A stretch of DNA of 64,000 bases from a virus: positions 51,583 to 115,582 of IMG/VR virus record IMGVR_UViG_3300048011_000525; one strand, 5' to 3'. A model generated the notes under the pieces. It was given only the letters and a program-made list of their open reading frames with translations. It was not told where the DNA came from and did no database searches. A program made the position numbers and the translations under genes. Shown here in pieces: positions 10,045 to 18,457 of this stretch; positions within the stretch are counted from its first letter, which is position 1; each line of letters starts with the position of its first letter.

Positions 10045-11181
10045 ATGAAAGTTTTAGTTCTCGGTGACATCATTGTCGACAAATATATCTACGGTACATC
10101 AACACGCATTAGCCCAGAAGCGCCAGTGCCTGTTGTAACATATCAGCGTGAAGTTGAGACTGTAGGTGGTGCCGGACTTGTTTACGAAAATCTTAAAAGT
10201 CTAGGTGTAGATGTTACTCTGTTTGTAATGCCTGGAAAGCCAAGCGTTAAAACACGAGTTATATGTGACGGACATTATATAACACGCATCGACAACGATG
10301 TACACACAAACGGATTAGATGTATTAAAACGTGTATTAACTACCGACTTTACAGTATATGATTATGTTATTTTAAGTGATTACAATAAAGGTACACTAGA
10401 CGAAAGTATTGAAATAATCAAACACATTAATACATACGGATGTCGTATTATTGTTGATCCTAAAGAACACTCTAGTCACTATGAAGGTGCTTGGTTAGTA
10501 AAACCCAACGAAAAAGAATTTCAAGAATACTTTATCAACTGGCACGGTAACATTATTACAACTAGAGCAGATAAAAGCGTTGTTGCTAACATTGACAATG
10601 AAGTATTTGAAATAGATGTGGAGCCGGTTGAGGTATCGGATGTAACAGGAGCAGGAGATTGTTTCTTAGCAGCATTTGTATATGGTCTTACTAAAGGTTA
10701 TGATTACAAACATGCAATTGAACTAGCAGTTAAAGGCTCTACAGAAAGTGTTAAGCATGTAGGCACATACACGCTACAACAGCGCGATTTAGAAGAAAGA
10801 GTAGTCTTTACTAATGGAGTATTTGATATACTGCACAAGGGTCATTTTGAGCTCTTAAAAGAAGCTAAATTTCTCGGTGCTAAACTAATTGTAGGTATTA
10901 ATAGCGATGCTAGTGTAAAACGTCTTAAAGGCGAAACACGCCCAATTAATAATCAAATGAAGCGTATTAGTCAGTTAGAAATTTTACCGTGGGTAGATCA
11001 AGTAGTTGTATTTGATGAAGATACCCCATACGAATTAATTAAAAAAATTAAGCCGCATGTAATAGTTAAGGGCGGCGACTATACAGTAGAAACCGTAGTA
11101 GGACACGATTTAGCCGAGGTGCATCTTGTACCTACTGTTGAAGGCTACAGCACTACAGAAATTATAGAGGCAAGCAAATGA
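10045..11181 (+). CDS. hldE: Bifunctional heptose-7-phosphate kinase / heptose-1-phosphate adenylyltransferase
   Basis: VLGDIIVDKY, RISPEAPVPV, SDYNKG, DVTGAGD (PfkB) fused to FTNGVFDILHKGH, GINSDASVKRLKG..RP, KGGDY; start probably 10045 rather than 10039. Confidence 0.93.
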   Translation: MKVLVLGDIIVDKYIYGTSTRISPEAPVPVVTYQREVETVGGAGLVYENLKSLGVDVTLFVMPGKPSVKTRVICDGHYITRIDNDVHTNGLDVLKRVLTTDFTVYDYVILSDYNKGTLDESIEIIKHINTYGCRIIVDPKEHSSHYEGAWLVKPNEKEFQEYFINWHGNIITTRADKSVVANIDNEVFEIDVEPVEVSDVTGAGDCFLAAFVYGLTKGYDYKHAIELAVKGSTESVKHVGTYTLQQRDLEERVVFTNGVFDILHKGHFELLKEAKFLGAKLIVGINSDASVKRLKGETRPINNQMKRISQLEILPWVDQVVVFDEDTPYELIKKIKPHVIVKGGDYTVETVVGHDLAEVHLVPTVEGYSTTEIIEASK

Positions 11182-11996
11182 AAATTTTAATTACTGGCCA
11201 TAAAGGATTTATTGGACAAAATCTAACCCTGTTCTTACAAAACGAACACGAACTATTTGGATACGAATGGCAAGAAGATAGCTTACCAGAAGTTGAAGGT
11301 TTTGATTGGGTTATACATACTGGAGCGATTAGCAGCACTACAGAAACAGATGTAGATAAAGTAATGTTGCAAAATTACGAGTTTAGTAAATGGTTATATA
11401 ACGAATGTAATACTAAAGGTGTTAATTTGCAATATGCATCAAGTGCAAGTGTTTACGGAACAAATACAGAGTTTAGCGAAGATGCTCCTAAACAGCCACA
11501 GAGCCCTTATGCTTGGAGCAAGTATTTGTTTGATCGCTGGGTTTGGGGTTTAAGTTCTCATAATATTATTGTACAAGGTTTCCGTTACTTTAATGTATAC
11601 GGTCCATTTGAGGATCATAAAGGTAATCAGGCAAGTCCAGTTACTAAGTTTACTGAACAAGCAATTAAGACTGGTAGAATAAAACTATTTGAAAACAGTG
11701 ATAAGTACTTACGTGATTTTATATTTGTAGGCGATGTGTGCGAAGCACATAAACAATTGTTAGAAAATAAAACAGCAGGTCTGTATAATATAGGTACTGG
11801 TAACACAACTAGTTTTAAAGAAGTAGCAGAAGTAATTGCTAAAAAATATAATGCTGAAATTACAGAAATACCAATGCCAAAAAACTTAAAAGGACAATAT
11901 CAAGAATATACTTGTGCAGACACAAATAAATTAAGTACAGTAACAGATATTGATTTTGCAACAGTAAAGGAGTATGTAAATGAGTCAACCAACTAG
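11178..11996 (+). CDS. hldD: ADP-L-glycero-D-manno-heptose 6-epimerase
   Basis: TGHKGFIG, GAISSTTETD, YASSASVYG, YAWSK, RYFNVYG..EDHKG.QAS, YQEYTCAD. Confidence 0.9.
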   Translation: MKILITGHKGFIGQNLTLFLQNEHELFGYEWQEDSLPEVEGFDWVIHTGAISSTTETDVDKVMLQNYEFSKWLYNECNTKGVNLQYASSASVYGTNTEFSEDAPKQPQSPYAWSKYLFDRWVWGLSSHNIIVQGFRYFNVYGPFEDHKGNQASPVTKFTEQAIKTGRIKLFENSDKYLRDFIFVGDVCEAHKQLLENKTAGLYNIGTGNTTSFKEVAEVIAKKYNAEITEIPMPKNLKGQYQEYTCADTNKLSTVTDIDFATVKEYVNESTN

Positions 11997-12399
11997 AAAA
12001 ACAGGCGTAGATCAAAAAGGCTGGGGATACGAGATGATTTGGGCTACTAACGACAAATACTGTGGCAAGATTATGGCCTTTACTAGAGAAGGTGCAACAA
12101 CAAGTATGCACTTCCACAGAGAAAAAGACGAAACTTGGTTTGTTAATAACGGACGGTTTAAAGTGCGATATATTGATACATCTAATAGTATGTTGTACGA
12201 AAGAGATTTAAAAGAAGGTGATGTATGGCATAATCCGCCATTGCAGCCGCATCAATTAGTCTGTCTTTCTAAAGAAGGTAGTATTACAGAAGTAAGTACA
12301 CCCGACAGTGTTGAAGATAACTTCCGTATTGGCCCTGGAGACAGTCAAATAGCCGAAAAAACTCAAGACCAATTGCAAACTCAAACAACAGGAAAGTAA
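11980..12399 (+). CDS. Cupin, sugar(-phosphate) isomerase-like
   Basis: KGWGYEMIW, SMHFHREKDETW, P..PH, EVST..DN.R. Confidence 0.75.
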   Translation: MSQPTRKTGVDQKGWGYEMIWATNDKYCGKIMAFTREGATTSMHFHREKDETWFVNNGRFKVRYIDTSNSMLYERDLKEGDVWHNPPLQPHQLVCLSKEGSITEVSTPDSVEDNFRIGPGDSQIAEKTQDQLQTQTTGK

Positions 12400-12402
12400 C
12401 AA

Positions 12403-13026
12403 ATGACATTTGAAGAAAATGTTATAGAACTTCCATTCCTGTCAGAAGACGAATGTAAAGACATAGCAGAGTGGGCATTTGATTTTGAGCAGCAGCTTAT
12501 TAATGCAGGGTATGGCGATAACAAACCTTCACCAGAGCACTTTGATAATGTAACAACTTCAAATTATCAAAACTATAACTTTTTTAATTATTTTCCAGAA
12601 TTAGCTGATAGATTAGTAGAATGTTTGTTCCACGTAAACAAAGATTTAGAGTGGCCAATTATATGTCAAGCATGGATAAACATCTATAGAAAAGGTCAAG
12701 GAATAAATTGGCATAACCATCAAGGTCGAATGGGTAAAAGTTTTAGTTGTAATGTGTTTATTGCAGGCGATACTACTCCCGGAATAACATATAAACCGTT
12801 TGGTGAGAAAGGTATGGTACGAGAAAATAAAGTAGGATATTTACACTTGTTCCCTTGTGAACTATTTCATTATGTTCCGCCTATCGAAACAGACACTCCT
12901 AGAATTACATTAGGAATGACAGTGCATAGTAGCTCGGATATAAATATTAACATTATGAACCAATTAGCATTTAATAGTAAAATGCCTCAAGATTCAGTAA
13001 TACTTACTAAGGATCATTATGAGTAA
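12403..13026 (+). CDS. Putative 2OG-Fe(II) oxygenase
   Basis: WINIY..G....WHNH...LFPCELFHYV....RITL. Confidence 0.7.
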   Translation: MTFEENVIELPFLSEDECKDIAEWAFDFEQQLINAGYGDNKPSPEHFDNVTTSNYQNYNFFNYFPELADRLVECLFHVNKDLEWPIICQAWINIYRKGQGINWHNHQGRMGKSFSCNVFIAGDTTPGITYKPFGEKGMVRENKVGYLHLFPCELFHYVPPIETDTPRITLGMTVHSSSDININIMNQLAFNSKMPQDSVILTKDHYE

Positions 13027-13363
13027 AGAAATTCTACCAAAAGTTAGATGTAGTCATATATTGCTAAGTTATGACAAAGCAATTGAATCAACACATACTA
13101 GAGAGTTGTATTACGCAATATGGGACGCTAAACAAATAATTGCAGAGTTAAAAGGCGGTGGAGTTTCCTGGGCATCTGCTGTTAAAGAACACAGCGCATG
13201 TCCACATAGCTGGTATAGAGATGGTGATTTAGGATGGTTTGATCTAAATGATGGAGTTGTACCGGAACTATATCTTTCAGTCAGAGCAGCGCCAAAAGAT
13301 CAATTATTAGAAGAACCGATACAAACTCCGTATGGTATTCATATCATAGTACGAACTGGTTAG
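13019..13363 (+). CDS. Parvulin (PpiC-type) peptidyl-prolyl isomerase
   Basis: VRCSHILL, KEHSACP, DGDLGWF, PIQTPYGIHII. Confidence 0.88.
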   Translation: MSKEILPKVRCSHILLSYDKAIESTHTRELYYAIWDAKQIIAELKGGGVSWASAVKEHSACPHSWYRDGDLGWFDLNDGVVPELYLSVRAAPKDQLLEEPIQTPYGIHIIVRTG

Positions 13364-13695
13364 TCGTCTAATTCGCCGTCAATTGTAAAGGTTGTTAATT
13401 TCCCTACAAGTTCTTCATTGTCTTTATTACGATAACTTCTTACACCGTTATGGGTATTAGGGTCATCTGCTAGACGCTCTTTTTCTATAAGCTCTTCTTC
13501 AGTTTGTGCAGCTTCTAGCTGAATTTCTACAATTTCACAACCTTTGTTTGGGTGATTTTCGTCAATCCATTTCTGAGCGTTTTCTCTTACTACAAACTTT
13601 CTAACTTCTTCATAGCCGTCGCCGTCTGGATCCCAAGTATGCCAAATTTTGACATTTGAATGCTGCGGGTGTGGTTTCTTAATTGCAAATGGCAT
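13360..13695 (-). CDS. Hypothetical protein
   Basis: 111 aa ORF with GAGGA SD; last gene of the minus-strand operon. Confidence 0.65.
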   Translation of the reverse strand: MPFAIKKPHPQHSNVKIWHTWDPDGDGYEEVRKFVVRENAQKWIDENHPNKGCEIVEIQLEAAQTEEELIEKERLADDPNTHNGVRSYRNKDNEELVGKLTTFTIDGELDD

Positions 13696-13705
13696 TTTTT
13701 ATCTC

Positions 13706-14263
13706 CTATATATTTTCTGCAAATTCTTGCAGTGAATCAAAAACGTATGTTGTACGCTTAATGCTTTTATATGTATATTTATCTAAGTCTCTTTCTGTTT
13801 GCTCTCCATAACCTGTTCTCACTAGTACAGGTCGAGCTCCTACTTTTGATGCTGCTTTCAAGTCTTTCATCTTATCACCTACATAAAAACTATTTTTCCA
13901 ATTTAAACCAGAAATCTGTTGTTGACTCATCTTAAACATACCAGTATTTGGTTTGGCATACAAATCTTTCTTATTACTGCTTTCGCTGTAATAAATCCCG
14001 TCAATATCAGTACACCCGGCTTGACCAAGTAAGTTTAACATATGTTCGTGTATATTGTCAACATCATCGGCTGTCATTATACCTTTTTCTATTCCGCCTT
14101 GATTAGTAATAATAACAATTCTGTAACCTTTTCTTCTTAGTTCTGCCATAGCTTCCAAACTGCCTGGAATAGGCTCAAAGTCCTTAGGATGCGTAACATA
14201 TGTACCTAAGTCTCTATTAATTACTCCGTCTCTGTCCAAACCTATAAAGATTTCTTTACTCAT
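13706..14263 (-). CDS. gmhB: D,D-heptose 1,7-bisphosphate phosphatase (HAD IIIA)
   Basis: LDRDGVIN, ITNQGGI, KPNTGM, VGDK..DL.AA, LVRTGYG. Confidence 0.88.
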   Translation of the reverse strand: MSKEIFIGLDRDGVINRDLGTYVTHPKDFEPIPGSLEAMAELRRKGYRIVIITNQGGIEKGIMTADDVDNIHEHMLNLLGQAGCTDIDGIYYSESSNKKDLYAKPNTGMFKMSQQQISGLNWKNSFYVGDKMKDLKAASKVGARPVLVRTGYGEQTERDLDKYTYKSIKRTTYVFDSLQEFAENI

Positions 14264-14837
14264 CGTATGTGTACCAGCCAGTGATAATATATTTGTAGCC
14301 TTTATAAATTGGATTACCTCTATGCGGATATATAAAGTTAGTAGGAAAAAATACTACTTTGCCTTGTTCTGGTTTAAGTTTTACACCTTGGTATAAGAAT
14401 TCAGTTTCGCCGCCTTCTTCAATATCGTTCAAGTAAAGCATATAATTAATAACTCTAGTGCTACTGCTTTGGTCAGATGCCTCTGCATGCCAAGCGTGAT
14501 AGCCTTCGTGTGGGCCTGTTCTTTGAAGGCTCATTCCTTTCGGGCTATGTTGTGCTCCGTGCTTTAACATAGAATATTTTTCAACATACTGATTTAAATA
14601 TAGATCATTAATTTTTTCATAAAAATGATCGCAAAGATTGTAGTCGTAGTGATATACTTTTTGAGTATGTGCCCAGTCAAACACAATTCGGTTATCTGTT
14701 ACAAATCCGTGTCCTCTATTATTAGGCTTAACAACATCTCTGCGAGCCATTACTTCAAAATGCTTAATAATTTCTTCGCAATACTCTGGTTCAAATGCGT
14801 TAGGATATTCTTCAATTCCTGAATAAGTGTTAGTCAT
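14256..14837 (-). CDS. 2OG-Fe(II) oxygenase, prolyl-4-hydroxylase-like
   Basis: GYHAWHAE, YLNDIEEGGETEF, FP....HRG, KYIITGW. Confidence 0.88.
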   Translation of the reverse strand: MTNTYSGIEEYPNAFEPEYCEEIIKHFEVMARRDVVKPNNRGHGFVTDNRIVFDWAHTQKVYHYDYNLCDHFYEKINDLYLNQYVEKYSMLKHGAQHSPKGMSLQRTGPHEGYHAWHAEASDQSSSTRVINYMLYLNDIEEGGETEFLYQGVKLKPEQGKVVFFPTNFIYPHRGNPIYKGYKYIITGWYTYDE

Positions 14838-15643
14838 TTGTTCTCCTTTAAAAACGGTATGTAATCTTTTGCGATGAGACCGTGTATATAGTAATTATAG
14901 TGTTCGCCGTCTAAAGTTTCGCAATCAAGACTTTTATCGGTTTTATGTTGTAAAAAGTTTATTGCATCAACTTTTGAAAATGTAGTTTGTGTCAAATTAG
15001 TATAAAATCCATCAACACTATTTGGTATAAAACATCTATCATTAATGTTCCAGACATACAATGGTATGTCTTTATCTCGACATAGCATGTCCATAAATGT
15101 TATATCTTTGATATAATCTTGTTGCTCTAAATGCGTTTGACTATAGTGATACATTCTTAAATACATATAAGACAATCGCCTTACATCTGGCTCTGCTTCA
15201 AACGGAATAGCATTTATGTAAGGAAATGCTTTATAATCAAAAGGTTCTGGTTTTAAATACTGTTCTAAGTATGTTTTATTTTGACACAGTCCTAAACTAT
15301 ATCGAGTTAGCTCATCTGTTTGCAAATCATTTTCTATAAAAAAATCTAACGGCAATATTTCTTTTTCATTTAGTGTTGGATTAATGGCTACTGGAAATCT
15401 ACTCCAGTAAGTAGACTGTACAAATACTTCTTCAATGTCATCGTGTTGCTTTAGTGCATGTGCTAAAAAGTTAGGATATGCTCTATTAGCAGTTCCGCCG
15501 CTTGCCATTACTATTACAGATTTATTGTTTTCCTTGCCATATATTTCAGCATAATTATTATCTTGCCAAATTTTTGCACCTTCTGTTTTATGACCATAAT
15601 ACCCCATTGTATGACTACAACCGATAAAAAGTGTTTTACCCAT
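14834..15643 (-). CDS. SGNH/GDSL-like hydrolase or acyltransferase (putative)
   Basis: FIGCSHT (block I-like), GGTAN, C-terminal DGEH. Confidence 0.5.
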   Translation of the reverse strand: MGKTLFIGCSHTMGYYGHKTEGAKIWQDNNYAEIYGKENNKSVIVMASGGTANRAYPNFLAHALKQHDDIEEVFVQSTYWSRFPVAINPTLNEKEILPLDFFIENDLQTDELTRYSLGLCQNKTYLEQYLKPEPFDYKAFPYINAIPFEAEPDVRRLSYMYLRMYHYSQTHLEQQDYIKDITFMDMLCRDKDIPLYVWNINDRCFIPNSVDGFYTNLTQTTFSKVDAINFLQHKTDKSLDCETLDGEHYNYYIHGLIAKDYIPFLKENK

Positions 15644-16187
15644 TCCAGGTTACCTCGAAGTCAAATACCATTACTCTACGTTCGTCTATTGTAGGATACG
15701 CTCCGTGCCAAATTTGAGAATCCATAATTAAAAGTTTTCCTTGTTTTGGTTGCCACCATTCAACATGTGTCTCTCCAAGTTTATCTTGTAATATGGCATA
15801 AAATGCGCCTTCGTCATTTGGCTGATCTTCTATGTCGTCAAAATATAATACTGCGGTACATCCTGTGTTACCCTTTGCATGATTATGCAACCCTTTCCAT
15901 CCACCAGGATAATATTTAATGCTCCAAGTTTGTATATGCTGTTGTAGCTTGCATAAAACGTTGCCGTCTTGTAATACACTATTTGTTTTTTCTATAATAA
16001 AGTCGGCAATTCCTTTAGTTTCAGCAAGTGTGTGCGGAATTTGGTATCCGTTAACTGTAGTACTTTTTCCTGGCTCTACCAAGTTAGGATGATCAGCGTC
16101 AAATAAATGTTCATATTCTTTCCACATTGGTGCGTGTGTTTCTACAATCCATTGATTATTTGCAATATATAATATATCATCCATCAT
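15636..16187 (-). CDS. Putative 2OG-Fe(II) oxygenase
   Basis: WSIKY..GG...LHNH, AVLYF, PKQGKLLI....WHG, RRVMVF. Confidence 0.75.
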   Translation of the reverse strand: MMDDILYIANNQWIVETHAPMWKEYEHLFDADHPNLVEPGKSTTVNGYQIPHTLAETKGIADFIIEKTNSVLQDGNVLCKLQQHIQTWSIKYYPGGWKGLHNHAKGNTGCTAVLYFDDIEDQPNDEGAFYAILQDKLGETHVEWWQPKQGKLLIMDSQIWHGAYPTIDERRVMVFDFEVTWNG

Positions 16188-16782
16188 TTTGTGCCGGTGT
16201 TATTACAAAGTTTGCTGCAATACTTGCTCTTAATTTATCTGACTTATTAGGTAAGACATAATGAGAAATCCAGCTAGGGAATAAAATTAATGTTCCCCGC
16301 TCCATTTGAGGAGTAATGTGCTGATAGTTGTATGCATTAAAAATTCTATCTAGTCCAGAACCCCTAACCATTTGAAAGTTAGGACATTCAAATACAATTT
16401 GTCCGCCGGCATCCTCTTCATTGGGATATTCTAACAAATATATTAGACTTAGTCCTCTTCCTGGAAATGCATGGTCATGCGGTTCTTGATAATCAGTTTT
16501 ATTATATACGTTTAGCCAATGTTCATCGCACATGATATTATAAGAAACTTGAGGTTCTAACGATTCTAAAAAGCTATTTACATGTGGTTCAACAGTCTTA
16601 AAGAAAGAATCCCACGGCAATGAATCATTTTTGTTACTTCTAATACTAGTTTTAGCTTGCGCCATTGACCAGTCACTTTTCATAACCATTTCAGAGTCGT
16701 CAAAGTATGGTGCCCATTCTTTTAGCATTTCGTCGCAGTTGTCAAGTTTGGCTGAATAAAAGTGTGTTCCCCATATGTGCAT
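16177..16782 (-). CDS. Putative 2OG-Fe(II) oxygenase
   Basis: WLNVY...DYQEPHDH, GTLILFPSWISHYV.PN, RASIAAN. Confidence 0.82.
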   Translation of the reverse strand: MHIWGTHFYSAKLDNCDEMLKEWAPYFDDSEMVMKSDWSMAQAKTSIRSNKNDSLPWDSFFKTVEPHVNSFLESLEPQVSYNIMCDEHWLNVYNKTDYQEPHDHAFPGRGLSLIYLLEYPNEEDAGGQIVFECPNFQMVRGSGLDRIFNAYNYQHITPQMERGTLILFPSWISHYVLPNKSDKLRASIAANFVITPAQNDG

Positions 16783-17285
16783 TATATCATTCCTTGTATA
16801 GTCGATTCTGCATTAAAAAAGAATACTTGTGTTAGCCTTCCGGTTTCTGGAGAGTTACCAAATCCCGGGACCATGCTAGAGTGATTAATATTTCCTTTGT
16901 ATAATATCAGTCTATTATAAACATTACTAATAGTTGTAATTGGATTGTTATCTTCGTCGTATAGTGCAGTACCTGAATCTAACATTGCATTAGGAGTAAG
17001 GTATAATACTCCTGCCCAGTCGCAACCGTCTTTATGAATCCAGGTCTTGGCGCCTTCGTATACTAACTGAAAACAAAAACTGTCGTACACAAATTCTTTT
17101 ACTCTTACATTTAAAATTTCAGTAATTCGTTGTTGAAAAAATTGTTGATAGTTACCGTCTGCTGCATCGCTGCGCATACCTGGATATTCGCCTTCGTGTT
17201 CGTGAAACGGTAGTTGTATAACCTGTTCTCTTACTAGATCAGGATTAGGTAGAAAGTCGTCAATTATTACAGTAGTTGTATCCAT
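16782..17285 (-). CDS. Putative 2OG-Fe(II) oxygenase
   Basis: IIDDFLPNPD.VR, YPGMRS, WIHKD, AGVLYL, YNRLILY....HS, RLTQVFF. Confidence 0.78.
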   Translation of the reverse strand: MDTTTVIIDDFLPNPDLVREQVIQLPFHEHEGEYPGMRSDAADGNYQQFFQQRITEILNVRVKEFVYDSFCFQLVYEGAKTWIHKDGCDWAGVLYLTPNAMLDSGTALYDEDNNPITTISNVYNRLILYKGNINHSSMVPGFGNSPETGRLTQVFFFNAESTIQGMI

Positions 17286-17803
17286 TACATAAAATCCATA
17301 TAAATATTTCCAGAAATAGTTGTTCCTTCATTTCCGGGCCTAACAAAGTGTTCGATAAAACTAGGAAAGAATATAATATCTCCTTTTTTGCATTCAGGTC
17401 TAAAATCTAACGGAAACTCACTTACATTTGTTCCAAATTGATTTTGTACATCTTTAAATATTGGGCTCATAAATACGGTCTTTGAAGAATCAACTGTTTC
17501 GTATATTACAAAACTCCAACTTGATCTAGGATGAATGTGAATATCTTGCCAATCGTTTTTATCGTATTTGTTCCTCCAAATCTCACCAAATCTAGGATTA
17601 TTTCCAATTAAATCTGGTCCTAAATTTTTAGAAACAACTTCAATAAGGTATTCGTAAGTGGAATCGGGTATGTTGTGTTGCTGCCCTAATGTTGAATTCG
17701 TTTCACTTAGCCATATTTTTTCATACGGTGCTTCGCCAATATCTATTTTACTTAAATCCACGCTGTCTATAAAAAACGGTACATGAAACATATTGTACTT
17801 CAT
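17285..17803 (-). CDS. Putative 2OG-Fe(II) oxygenase
   Basis: WRNKY...DWQDIHIH, GDIIFFPSFIEHFV, TISGN. Confidence 0.78.
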   Translation of the reverse strand: MKYNMFHVPFFIDSVDLSKIDIGEAPYEKIWLSETNSTLGQQHNIPDSTYEYLIEVVSKNLGPDLIGNNPRFGEIWRNKYDKNDWQDIHIHPRSSWSFVIYETVDSSKTVFMSPIFKDVQNQFGTNVSEFPLDFRPECKKGDIIFFPSFIEHFVRPGNEGTTISGNIYMDFM

Positions 17804-17821
17804 TATTATGTCCTTTGTATA

Positions 17822-18457
17822 TTATTTAAAGGGTGTTGGCGGCAAAGGTACTGCTCGCATAGCCTTATAAACTAACGTAGCACGTAGTCCTTTATAGTTT
17901 TCATTAGGCGGAAGACCATGATGAGGAATATTTCCTTTAAACAAAAATATTCTTCCAGGTTTAGGGTAAACTTTTTCCCATTTGCCATTAAGTTTAATAA
18001 CTGTTTCGCCGGCCCACTCTTCTTTCCATTCTCGGTTTACGTAATAAATCCAACTAATACCGTTGTCGCACTGACAATCAGTATGTTCAATAGTATTGTG
18101 TATCCACTGTTGTCCATTAACAAGTATTTCACCAACTTCAAGTTCAAATGGTATTAGTTGTGCAACGGCATTGTACACCATGTTCCATGCACTATCATGT
18201 GCATTAGGACTATTAGGAGGATAAATTTGTTGCTTAAATGCAGGAACTTCTGGCCAGTTTGGATCTGCTCCTATATCGTACTTAGGGTCTTCGGGATAGT
18301 TGCTAGTATGGCCATAAGTCCAGCTATACGACTTAAATACTAAGTCATGTATATGCTCTATCATCCAGTTAGGAAAAAGATCATCAATAACAATCATTTG
18401 ATCTTTTGCTAAATCATAATCGTATAAGTTGTCTTTTATTTCGCCGTTTACAATCAT
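17822..18457 (-). CDS. Putative 2OG-Fe(II) oxygenase
   Basis: HTD, YYVNREW...WAGET, PKPGRIFLF.G.IPH, R.TLVYK. Confidence 0.82.
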   Translation of the reverse strand: MIVNGEIKDNLYDYDLAKDQMIVIDDLFPNWMIEHIHDLVFKSYSWTYGHTSNYPEDPKYDIGADPNWPEVPAFKQQIYPPNSPNAHDSAWNMVYNAVAQLIPFELEVGEILVNGQQWIHNTIEHTDCQCDNGISWIYYVNREWKEEWAGETVIKLNGKWEKVYPKPGRIFLFKGNIPHHGLPPNENYKGLRATLVYKAMRAVPLPPTPFK

